The notes below the pieces were generated by a model that did not search any database, had not been told where the DNA came from, and saw only the letters and a program-made list of their open reading frames with translations. A program made the position numbers and the translations under genes. From NCBI GenBank assembly GCA_030141605.1, contig JAQGDQ010000144.1, forward strand, positions 1-64,000: 64,000 bases of DNA, in the 5' to 3' direction. Shown piece by piece: positions 42,659 to 55,644 of this stretch (its first letter is position 1; every line of letters begins with the position of its first letter). This stretch comes from Tubiluchus corallicola (lineage: Eukaryota; Animalia; Priapulida).

Positions 42659-42954
42659 AACCTGATGATTTATTTTCAAATGGCATCCCAACAAGTTACG
42701 CCTTTATTTATTTATTTTTTTGAAAAATCAAAAACCATTTTCTCCGCTTGAACGGATAGCTTATTTAAAAGTACACTCATTGTTATTACCCATAGGTAGT
42801 TCATTAATTTAATGCTTCAAGACATGTCTCTGTGTGTTATTATATGCATACATACTATACATTTTTTGCTGACATTTATATTTGTCAGTTACACCACTTC
42901 ATGCACTTTATCAATTAGCAAATCCTGTGTTATTATTTTAACATAACAGTTTTT

Positions 42955-43110
42955 GCAAGGAGTTTACAATTCCCCATACAATTTAAATGCCCTAACCCTA
43001 ACCCCAACCCCAACCCTAATTTAACCCTAACCCCAACCCTAATGCTAATCCTAAGCCTAATCCTAATCCACTTCACAAACTAATTTCTTGCATGTGGGAA
43101 TTGTAAATTT
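42955..43110 (-). repeat. Telomeric-repeat-containing dispersed element, copy 2 (most complete; downstream of the MIF4G stop)
   Basis: aaggagtttacaattccccataca + (CCCTAA/CCCCAA/TCCTAA)n + cacttcacaaactaattt...tgtgggaattgtaaattt; the ends are mutual inverted repeats. Confidence 0.8.
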
Positions 43111-44451
43111 TAACCCGGTTGTTAAGGTGCTAAGTACACAGTGGTAAGATTACTAGTTTTAACCAGTGTGTACACTTATTTTTACATTCTCATTTCTATA
43201 ATCTGTGATGCCGGATTACAAAGCATTAATCAAAGCATGAGTGCCAATAATACTCCATCTGTATTCTATGAGCTTACTATTTAATCATTAACTTTTTCTT
43301 ATTTATTTTTTAGAAACAGTTTATGTTATGGTTATTGTATTATATTTAAGTTATTTTCCCTTTAAGAATTAAAACTAGTCATTTAATTATTTAATGGTTA
43401 TAGTTCATACAGTTTCCCATAAATGCAATCAATTAAAAATGAAAACTTTTGCAAATTTACTAAATACTCATTATGTTTCAACTTTATGTCTACTCATTTT
43501 TTTACTTAAGTCATTTTGAATATACTATTTAAACCAATAGGTTTTAAGATGCAACTTTGATGTTTTGTATTATAAATGAATGTTTGAAGATACATTTTCA
43601 TAACTTAATGTAACTGCTAGGATTAGTACCTGAGTGAATTTGATTTCGCACATGTATAAGTTCAGAAAGTTGCGTTTGTATCCTATAGCAACATGTCTAA
43701 CCTTGATTCTGATGAAGTATTTTTTATACCTGTATCTACTTCACAGCTTATGTACTATATGCTAATAAGTAGACATGTACTCCATTTTTCAGCTATGATG
43801 ATACTTTTATCTGCAATCTCGATGTTTTCCCCTTCTCACTAACAAACTTGATATTTGTTGTATGGATATTGCTTTACCCTTGCCTGTCAGCCCTTGAATG
43901 TCTGCCCATATAGTTTCGTTCCCTGTTTCGTTGTTTAAGTCCACTAATCGTATAAAATCAGCATGATCGTACTAGCAAGATAAATGTGCCAAAATTATTT
44001 GAACCTTGCATTAAGATCAAACTTTGGTAGTTGTCCTTACTGCATCTATTACAAGTAGAAAGTGGCATGTGTTTAGTATGAATGTAAACTGTGCCATTAT
44101 TTTTTAAAGCTTAGCCATACAATGTGAAAGTCATGCATTGTAATTTGGTTGTTATACTAAACTTCAATTAAGCTAGGTAGTGACTGAACATTAAGTGTTA
44201 AAAGCTGCCATTTATATGATTATTCTGTTGTTTCTAATACTAAATATAATTTCTAAATGATTTTTTGTAGCTTGTTGAACTTGAGCAAATTAAATTGAAA
44301 CTCTTGTTTTTATTGCTAATGTTTACAATTGAAAAGAAGCTTAATTAAATTTTTGTTAGTAGGTGCAAATGAGCAAGAATCTAATGTTAATTGCTTTTTT
44401 AAATTTTTGAGCAATTAGGCTTATCTTATATTTATGCAACTTATTTTGTGC

Positions 44452-44568
44452 AGTATTTGTTATAACTTAAAATGATTTGTATTAAAAAATAAAGCTTATT
44501 ATTTTATTTCGTATAGTATTTGTTATAACTTAATATTATTTGTATTGAAAAGTGAAGCTTGTTACTAT
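44452..44568. repeat. Tandem duplication ~63 bp x2
   Basis: agtatttgttataacttaa.at.atttgtatt.aaaa.t.aagctt.tta twice. Confidence 0.7.
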
Positions 44569-47340
44569 GTGTAATGGTGCTTGAAAATTTGCTAGTATTA
44601 CACTGTGCATGCAAAAAGACTAAAAATGATATCTTAATAAATTCTAACAGGTGTTTTATTGCATGGTTATAAAGCAGATAGTAGCAGTGTTATCAAAAAC
44701 TTTGTGTTGGTTTAACAACGTAGATGAATTGAGAAGTCTAGCTACTAAATGCTGTGATGTAGATTGCAAAGTTGTTGGCTTGCAGCAGCATTATCATTTG
44801 TACATTAAATCTGTCGTAATTTTTATGGTTTTAATTTAGACAGTCATTAATTTAGATCACCGTAATCAGCTCATTACACGAATCTACTGCTTACTGAGTA
44901 AACTCTGTTTAGCTGAAAAATATCCACCAACATTGGTAACTTACTAAGGTTGACCAATAGACAACTTAGCACTTTCTATGATGTTATTATCACTCATTAT
45001 GTAGTAATCTCACTGTCAGTAATTGTCAGTAAATAGTAATTTGACAGTGACATTCTTGCAGTGATAAACACTATTATATTTTGTAATCATATGAGTTTCG
45101 TGTTTGAAATAAAAATTTCAATCACAGTTAAAATCACAAGCTTCCGTATATCATAGCTCTGGTTTTTATTTTGGTGCGTATAAGTGATGTCACCCGTTGG
45201 CAACACAGTTTCTTTGAAATCTGAAATAAGGTTCTATGAGTATAGATTACATGATTATAATATCAAAAAAATTTATATATACGCATTAGTGCCACCCTGC
45301 TGATTGATTTAGAGCTGATAAAAATTAACATAAAATCCATAGGCATACTGACCAGATCTCTTTTCTTATTTTTGTGTTAAGCTTTTTAACAAGCTGTAAA
45401 CTTCCCACCACAACGACCACATACTGACTTTTTCATGTTAAATTCTCAGCTTATGAAAACTTACAAAGAATATTCCATGGAAAATACAATCAATTTAAGC
45501 ATTTGTATAAAACACACATTTTGGTATTAGAGGGTTGGTAACTTTTTTAACAAGTGGCATCTTAACAGATGAATGAGAGTTGACAGTATGAAATGTGGCA
45601 TACAGGGAGTATTAATTTTTGAAAACTTTTACAGTAAAGCCAACAAATTAGTCTCGTGCTCAGTGTATGTACTTGTCAATAGCTTGCATCAGGTATCATC
45701 ATTAACATATCATAGTGCCCGTCACAACTAATTTGAGTTGTGTTACATTATGTTGTCAAGAATTGTTCAATTGTTTAATGAAATCTTCTAGTCACTTCAA
45801 TGTGTGCAGTCAAAGCTTTTATAAAACTGATTATTTGTGAGCAATCAAACATTGCATGAAATTAAATGACAAACACTTAAGAATGATACAACTTATGGTC
45901 ATTTTTAGTGTCATAATATTAATATTGTCATACCTTTTCAAAGCAAATCATGTAGTACTATCAAATAGTGGGAAAGAAGTCATACTTTTATAGTAAAACC
46001 TGTTTTTAACAAAACGAGAAAAATCAATAATGTTATAAAAAACAATAACATTGTAAAATAAAGTAAATAAATTTTCAACCAAAAAAGATTAAATTAACAA
46101 TTCAATAGAATTAAAGTAACTTTCATAACTAAGGTTGGTTTTGAAAGAGGAAGCTGTTTTGCAAAACAAAAGCAAATGTTAGTATGATTGCAAAGCAAAC
46201 AATTACTGAAAATAGGAGATTATTTTGCATCTGCGTGTTTAGAATTCCACTTCTGGTACAAATAATTTAAGTGGATTTTGACATCAGCAACAAAATTATT
46301 TTGTAAAACTATTGTGGAATGCAATAAACTATAAAAACAATAGACAGCAATTACAAATTAGCAATTCAATGCTTGTTTTTTTAGAACAATTTAGATAGAT
46401 ATTGAGCTGAATAGGTGTGAATGTGAATTATACTCGTGCATAGATACCTGGCCAGCCAACCTATAGATGGTGTCGTGATTCCCTCATGAAGGCAGGAAGC
46501 CCATAACATTTCCTGCGAATGTTTGAGTTTTTGGTTTCCGTACAGAAAATGTTTTAAAGAGATGTTTTAAAAAGTGTTGAAGACAAACTATCATGTGACG
46601 TCATCAGTTGTAGCTATCCAGCTCCACAGTGTAATTCACACCTGTCTGCCTGCCTATAGCGTTGTGAGTTTTTCGAGATCTTAGGCATTGTCATTGGTTT
46701 ATGCCTTTGGTATTAAGTTGTTCCTTTTGAGCTTTAAAGTCTTGGGTTAATTTGTTTTTGTTCAATTTTTCAGTGCAAATTACACAATGCCTACCAGCAT
46801 CACCAATGGCGGGCCATGATGCCATCTCTCAGTTTGTTAACTCTCAGCAGACATACCTGTTGAGGTCGGGCCATGGAACAAAATAAGGCACATTCATATC
46901 TGTTCAACTCAATACATTACATGGATGTACATACACTGTGATAATTAAAATATGCCTATTGTAGTTTCAGCTTGTTGAGAAAATAATAGTGGCGCTATGC
47001 AACACAATGTAGTCAAAACTAATACAAACTTATCATAAACTGCTTACAATTAAACCTAAATCGATGATGACAGGCATCATCTCGTCACTAATCATGTGGA
47101 CATACTAAAATAATGCATAATAAAACACAAAATGAGTGTTTCACAAAATTATATTACCTTACTATGTAAGTACTAAAAACAAATAAAGTAACCTTTGTTA
47201 AATATCACAGAACAATATCACAGCATAAGTTGACTAGATAGTGAATAATGTGCCAGGTTTTACACACGCAAGATAACACTGTATCAATTTGATGTAATGC
47301 AAACTAATGTGATGTGTTCAATTCAAAAATAAAGTGTTGC

Positions 47341-50300
47341 TTAGAGATTAGCAATTTCGTCCTCCAGTTGATCCAATTCACATTTTATGTTGCTAGGCGA
47401 CGCATCACGTCGGCGCACATCTGGTACATCCAAATTTACTTCACCTCCAGGCTCTTTAGCTAAAATTGGGAAATTTAAAATAAACTTATGACTATACTTT
47501 CTTGTTCATTTCTTTATTTATTTTGGTTTTCAGGATCTGCATTGTAAATACCTGCATTTAACAAAGAAAAGCATGCAACAATTAATCTGTCATTTACGGT
47601 AATGCAATCAGCTCGTGACAATCACTGGAAAATTCTGAGAAGCCATCAGAAAAATGAGCTAATCAATCATGAATGTGTATTTTATGTGTTTCTAAATAAC
47701 AGAATCTTGCTTAGTGAAATGCGCAAGAGAAACCTTTGTACATTATAACCTTACAGAAAGAGACATGCTGCATATTTTTTCGCGAATGCCACATTAGTGC
47801 AAATGACTGCCAAGACACTATTGATAACATTCATATTTGATAAACTGCTCACTGCACAAAAAATTAACACTAACGCTACAGTATTTCTACTATGGCATTA
47901 AAGCATTATTACCAGCTTTAGAGAAAGGCTTAAATTTCTGCTGCTTCAGCGCGGACTTGTCGTTTGCAGAATAAATTCTGTTTATATGCTCCATTAAAGA
48001 ATCCACCTTTGCTGGTAAAATGTTCACCATTCCTTCCACGTGGCTAAACTTTGTTTGGTCCAAAATGAGTTCTTTTTTGGGCATTTGTGCAACCTACAAA
48101 GATTTTTACATACAGTTGAGCACTTGTATCCAGGATCCAGTATTCAACAGCCAGGTTTATTTATTAAATATAGTAGTGGCAAAATCTGAACTTAGTTTAT
48201 TAACGATAATCATCTAAATTGAGAAATTTGAACTGAGCTGACATCCATGAACATTTCCTACTGAACATGGTGTGACCAGGTGATTATCCATCTACTAACC
48301 AAGTATGGAATTGCTTAACTTCGAATCTGTTGTAAGGCACACCCGTGACCACTCACATGTACAGATTCACTCCGCTTGCTCAAAATCAATATTTTATTTG
48401 GAAAAATATACAAAAATATGCTAAATATACTAAAACATGTTGATGCACTTGTACAGTTCAGGTTTGCATGTGATGGTGCACCAGTATGTATAACGAATGT
48501 TATAAAAGTGTAATTACAAGAATGTGACAAGCCTAGCAAAAATTAACGTCTCGCACAGTTCAGCACAGGAAGTCGTGCAAATACAAATTTATACTTTACA
48601 GTACATAAACAGGATTTGTAAGTAAGTAAATATAAAGTAAGTAAATATTTTATTTAGAACTAAAAATTCAGGTGCAGTATTGTACGGTAATGTATTCATA
48701 CTGCATTTTCCACACATAGACTCACTATGGTACTTTCCTGGCAAGTTAACAAATAAAAATAATAAAAAAGGAAAAAAATTAATATAATATTGTGATTTTT
48801 TACGAATAAATAGCCAAGATACGTCAAAAAGAATTTCAGACAGACAAGTATAAACTTCTATTTATCTAAAAAAGTAATGAGTAAAAAAAGAAGGGCATTA
48901 TTGCAGTTACCATAAATCATGAGCAAGACACTATAGAATATTAACCTTAATTGGAAAACAGAAACAAGCTTCCTAGTATTACTTTAACCAAACAACTTTT
49001 TTATTGCATGTTAAAGGCTGAGTATGATTCCACACATACTAATAAACCTTTTCATAGTTTTGCTGTGTGCACGCGCAGTTGCTGTAAGTCAAAGGTTAAG
49101 TGAACCCCAGAAACACATCTTAAGAACAACTGCCACATGATCCATACTAGCAGGATCGTGCTTGGGAACAAGAAAAAGTGAACTAGGTAAGATTCTAGAT
49201 AACTGTTAAAACTGCTACCATTACAATAGCGTGGGCTGCAAGGCGTTGTCAAGCATATGCAAATGTGTTGTTAGGTTAACTAAACCTTTGACCTTTTCAC
49301 GATCATCATCAATTACTAGAACCATGAAAAGGCTTATTGCTTACTCCTCCAATATGCCGATTAAAACATAAAAGTTATTCCTAAACTGGGGCCAACTGTC
49401 ATAAAAAATTTGGTAAATCTGAGTTCAATCTATGACTATGTTCATCTATTAAAAATAAAGAAACAACCTTTGTACTACCGATGCCTGTCCAGGTTTTGAA
49501 ACGTCGTATAATGAAATCCACCATTTCATATTCATTCGGTTGCTTGCTCAAATCGTGCCTAACGTAAGTGAACGCCGCAATGATGATCGTCATGAACATG
49601 TTCACTAAGATGAACGTGCAGAGAACGACAAAGATGAAGAAAAAGATTGGTGCAAGAACTGGAGAAGCCATTTGCATCTCATTAAACCTATAAAATTCAT
49701 GACTCTAATTAGCTGTAATTAACCGAAGTCCTATCATAATATATATATATATATACAGACAAATCATTTTATACTTTGCGAACTGCAAAAAAGTTGGCAT
49801 TAATGGAGATTAGTACTATAACAAGTTGTATTAATACATACACGTCTATGCAGATATAGATATCTTGTTTTCCCAAAAATATGGATGCTAACCGAGGTTG
49901 GCATTATAAAAAGGACCATTATAATGACGTTTGACTGTAAATTGTATTATAATGGTACTCTACCATCTTGTGGCTGGTAATCTGCGATTGGCATGGAAAG
50001 GTGGCAGTAAAAAGTTCGTCTTTATTCGGACTCAGAATGTTCTCAGCTAAAGTTTCGAATTCCCCACACACATGAAATTAGTTCATGAAGCAGATTAGAG
50101 TTAGGGTTAGGGTATATAATAGGAGGTTGTAATCTCCTTCCATTTTCTCCTCCCTTGCACTTCTTATCTATCTTCCATCACTACCAACCTACACAAGCCT
50201 ATACAAATTCCGTTTTTCTGAGTGAGTACTCATTTTTACACCTTGTTATTGTACGCCATTACCTCGTGTGTTAGATAAATTAGAGCTATGCAAAATGTTT

Positions 50301-53300
50301 GCAAATTTGTTTGGAGTATGATCATTTAACAGAATGCCAAATTCTTTTCAAAATATATGCAAAATTTCTGGGACATTTTTTGTCAAACTGCCCAAAAAAA
50401 CTTATTTCTTTGTAAGGAGCCGGAAAAATGACGTTTTAAAAAATCTTGTAGAAAGAAACAGGGTTCCTGCTGAATAAATATAAATAAATGAAAAAGCAAA
50501 AATGTTCTAAAAATAATACATGAAACGCCATACTGCTAGTGATGTCTTTCACTACGATGGGCACCACCAGAAGTTAAAAAATTTGACGCATAAGCAGCTA
50601 GGGGGTCTGGAGGCCCTGCCAGAACCCATTTTCCTGTATATAAGCACAATTGAAGGCCTCAAATGAGATCTAAATTCTGGTACACAGACTTCCTCAAATG
50701 TGAAAATTTCTGCTTTAATAAATATATTTTACGTACATTTACCTAGATAATATTCATTGTATTCTATTGTAGTAGTCATATATCTTAAAAGCAAGTACGT
50801 AATACACTGCAATGCGAATGATCCATTACTTAAACTTAATTTATTTAGTGTCAAGATTATCTATCCAGCAAAATGTGGATAGTCAAACATAAAATTGATT
50901 TGTTTATTTGATTAAGTTTACAGCCCACCCACTGTTAATACAAAATTTAACATGTTTGCGTGTGTGCTAATTTATCCCACTGGACACAGCTAAATGCAAT
51001 TTTACTACATTTTAGACCATTTTGCGGTTGCTAGAAGGCACTAGTTTAAAACTCATTGTGTCACCTAAAACTCGTGACTCAAAATTCCACTACTACTGTG
51101 AAAGGGGACCCAGGCCCCTTGGGCCCACCCCCTAAATGCAGAAGTGCAGTTACAGTTAGCTAAAAACTGTCTAGACAATGGAAACCGATAGGAGAATCGA
51201 TACTATGTAAGTGATATACATAAACATAACTTCACTATGCGAATCAGCTGACTGCTCGGGGATTGAGCAAACAAACAAGGGGTTGGTGTGTTTCTTGATT
51301 TACTGCTAAAAAAATTGATTTAGCCATAAGAAATTTTCTCAAGAAATTCTGTGAACGCACGTGCATCTCCAAAAAATCTCCAAAAAAGGAAATACTTTAC
51401 TTTTGTGTATTGTTTTTTATCCATAATGAAGTGAAGGAGCCACAAATCTGGTATTTGTGAAAATACTGAAAAAGCTTTTGCACTCATAAAACAAGATGAA
51501 AAACTACAATTTGACAGAAAAATACAACACAATTCGATCTAAAACAAATCATTGCATAGCAAAATAATTTTCATGTAATATACCTGAACTTGTTAAGAAT
51601 CATGGCAAAGCTGGTTTCTGCACTACGCAGTACAGTTGCATACTCAAACAGATGTGGTCCAAGAATTAGCATGAACACAAGCGTAAAAGCGAGAAACACG
51701 ATCAAAAACATGGAGGTGAAGAAAATCAGATCCTTTCCCGAGTAAGCCAAAGTCATACCCAGTAAAGACATCCGTTTATTGAATCTCAGCATCCGGATCA
51801 TCTTGAATGTAGCCAAAAAACAGATGAATGCCATCATGTAGCCGAGTACTTCATCCACGTAGTTGATGTGCTGCATGTTGATGTAGTTCTTGCCCTTTGA
51901 GGACTGAAAGGAGTCGATGACAAAGTCGGCAAGTATCATTCTGGTGAAGTAGAGAACGATGCTAGCAATGCCGAACCCGATGATGGCCCACTCTATGTAG
52001 TTCCACACGTCCTTGAAGTATTCCTTTTTTTGTTTGAAAAACTTGAATGCTTCACGACAACCAAAGCCAATAATGAATAGGACGAAGATTACTTCACAGA
52101 CAATCTTTAACGTGGCATAATCCAATGGTTCAGTCAAGCGAATGGGATCAAACCTGGCAAATGGCAAGATGCCTCCAGTCGACGGGAACTCAAACAGGAT
52201 ATTCCCAACAGTAAACAGATTTACGTAAGGATTGTAAAGAGAAAATTCAATAAAAACAGCTCTCGTATATTTATCAATCCAAGTTTCATCTTCTAATTTC
52301 TCAACTTGGTCACGAAGTTCTTGTAGCTCCTCCTTCAAAAACACATAGTATCCTCCTCCGGGATAGAGGCCCACCCTACCCCAGTATGGCAGGCTTGCCA
52401 TTTCTGCACTGCTTCTGTACGTATACTCATCGACCACGCCTGAATTGTTATGTGGCATCCATCCTGGCGAAAAATTTCTGGTTTCCTCTGTATCAAGAAT
52501 TGGCCAGTCACTGCACTCTGGAGAAACTTTTTCCATGTACATGCTTACAGAACAGGATCCTATAAAATTAAGATGATTTTTAATTAATACCCTTACTATC
52601 GCAATTAGTTTTGTGATTAGATGTTCACATCTTCTTTCTATTTTTGTTCATTTTTATTGATCTAGTTACTTCGGGGATCACATAAGTTTTGTATTTAGTT
52701 ACTACTTACTCAGTCCTTTGACATGTGATTTTGCTCAATCAAACCACCATTCATTTGAAAAGTCATTACTTATCTGATGAACAATTCTTCCATTCAGTTT
52801 TTTATGCACAATTCATTCAATTACTTGCCCACTGACTCATTGCTGTTGTAACATTAGCAATATCTAGGACCACAAATATAACAAAACCAGGAGCTAAACT
52901 GTATGCATGCATGCTGCATGCTATATCTACAAGGAAAACATTAGCAACTTTGATTCAGACACAATATGAAGTAAAATACAGTTACACGACACTGACCTGG
53001 AACAACTCTGATTTGTCTCATATATATAGGTCCGAGACGTCGGTTCACTCTATCACCCAGGAAACCTTTGTGATACAGAGCTTCTTGGCCATTGTACCAC
53101 GGTTTTGCTACTGCGGCTTCTGGCAGAATTCTTCTTGTCCAGTTCCAAAATCGAGTGTGCTTATTAATCTAACAACAAAGTGCAAAGTAAACTGTTTGGT
53201 GAATTCAGTTATAGTAATCGCTTATGACACTTACCTCTTTACACTTACGTTCCAATTAAAAAGAAAAAAAAACAGTCTCATTATTTTTGATATTTAATCA

Positions 53301-55558
53301 ATGGTAGGAATTAGGGCAAGAAAATACAATTTTAAATTTTAAAGTACATCCCAAAACACTTTCCACATGAAGTTATATAATGCTTTGCATTACATTTACC
53401 TGCTTGAAATAATGTAACTAGAAGAGAAACATTCTTGGTAATTTAAAACGTTTGCACCAACTGGTAGAATGACACTGACTCACCTTCCCAATGTGCAAAT
53501 CTCATTCATCAAAAACACATTTTTAATTTATTAACAAGATGCTGTAATCTATACTTTTACTTAGTTAGCGAAGAATGTGCAACAAATGCTCGATTCAAAC
53601 GACATACTGATGTAAGTCATGACAGGAGTTTAAATTTACAAGTTTTATACAGTGTTGCAGCTAATACAAACTCTGTGCACAAAAAGCAGCATGTAGGTGA
53701 TACAAAATTTCAAAACGAAGCTTTATAGCACAAGATTTTCTTGGCCTTAAAACAGCATTGTCTACTCTTAATCCAAAACTAAAGGTGAATGTGAAAAACT
53801 AATAATCTCTGCAATAACAGACTTTCTTCAAAATAAATTGTGATTAAATATTGTGATTATTTTGTCACCATCACTTTGCACAGACTGAAATCACGTAAAC
53901 TGCAATGCTTATAATGCAACAGTTAACTAAACAAGTAAATTACCTAACATTCCATTAAAGCTAGGTTATTCACTTACTTTGTTGAAGTCTAAATACCAGT
54001 CACCAGGTGCCAGAAAATGATTACGGAGTGACAGCTGTGTGCCATAAGTGTTTGGATCTCTTTGGCTTTATAAAAAGAAAACTCTTTAATAACAAAACTG
54101 CAAACAATTCTTTAACAAAATTTTCAATTAACTAGATACAAGGCTATAGTTTAGACCTTCCTGAAAACATACTGAATCATACTGACTGCAATATAGTGAG
54201 TTCTCCATAAAGCCTTTCACCGAAAAAACACATTCAAAAAATACAATAATAAAAATACGTTTTTAAAACTTGTATTGAGTGTGGGTATCATGCACACAAT
54301 TGAAGATTGAGCACACGTTTAAACTGATACTACACTGACTGTCAAGTATTGAAAAGTTTCAAGGGATTAAGCTTGTTGCAAGTACTTGATTTTCTTTTTA
54401 AGCTGAAGCAAGCCAAGTAATTTAAATAGTTTTCAATGCAAAGCCAGAAATTAGCCATCCTACCTGTAACTGACCACCCATACTATCCACAGAAAGAATA
54501 AGTAGATGGCTATTTCTCGTAAAATCTCAAACATCTTCATCTCCTTAAAGCGGAATTCCCTCATTTCTGCTAGTTCATGTTTCCCAGGCGGTTTGTAGGC
54601 TATTTTCCTCGGGCCAGCTAGATACATGTCTAAAATGAAAATGACAAACACCAACTATTTTTTTGCTTCTCACTCAAAAATTTGATGATTAAATATAAAA
54701 GTCAAAAACAATTCTAAGTAGAGATGTTGAAAGAAAAGATCACATTGGAACGGAAGACACTTGTTTTGGTCCACAATGTTAATTTTGCTTACAATTACGT
54801 AATTATTTGCTGAATCAATAAATCAATGACATTACGCAATATATCATTCACAACCTGCCAAATTTTGTTTGGGACACTGCCTCACTTTACATACAAGATG
54901 TTGAAGCTCAAATGGTTAAATTTAACTTGCATTTTTTGCAGTTTACAGTAACAATCTAAGTAAATGGATATTACTATGTTGATGAAGCCATTCCTCGTTT
55001 TGCTCTAAAGTTACTTCTTCTTCATCATAATATGCATCGTCCTCGTCCAAATCCGACTTTTTACACAAACAGCTGAAGAAGACAGCCAGCAAGAAAATCT
55101 GCAAAAAAATCGAGAATAACTCATGGAGGCACAGATGTTTTGATCACCATTACAGCAGTTGCTGGGACAATTTTCAAAGTTGCAAATGTTAAAAAAACTT
55201 AACTGTTCTCAAAGTGTTGGTGTATGCTATCAGTGAAATTGTGCAACATGTAAACAAGCCTAAGTCAATTTAATGGAGTACAACAGTGCAGTGAACTTGA
55301 TTAGTATGCATGTCTAGGATTACTCGCGAACACAAATGTGAAAAAAGTGTAATTTGTTATATCTGTCTGACTTGTATCAATTGCAGGCTTAAATGAAATG
55401 TAACATTTTAGGTTGGTGACATTTGTTTGATCAGAGCAAGTATTTTCAGTATAAGCAGGCAAAACCATTTCACATATATTTAGGAGATCATAATGTAATT
55501 TATTGATAGATTAAGTAATAAAATGAGTGAAGCATGTCTGTGACAAATTAAGGCTACA

Positions 55559-55644
<86 letters not shown>

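Noticed and set aside
42990-43070. True telomere or chromosome-fusion site
   Set aside because: The array is short, degenerate and embedded in conserved flanks shared with three other copies, so it belongs to a dispersed repeat
50530-51146. Second hAT-like MITE (GC-rich ggccccttgggcccaccccctaaat end)
   Set aside because: No matching opposite TIR or TSD could be identified
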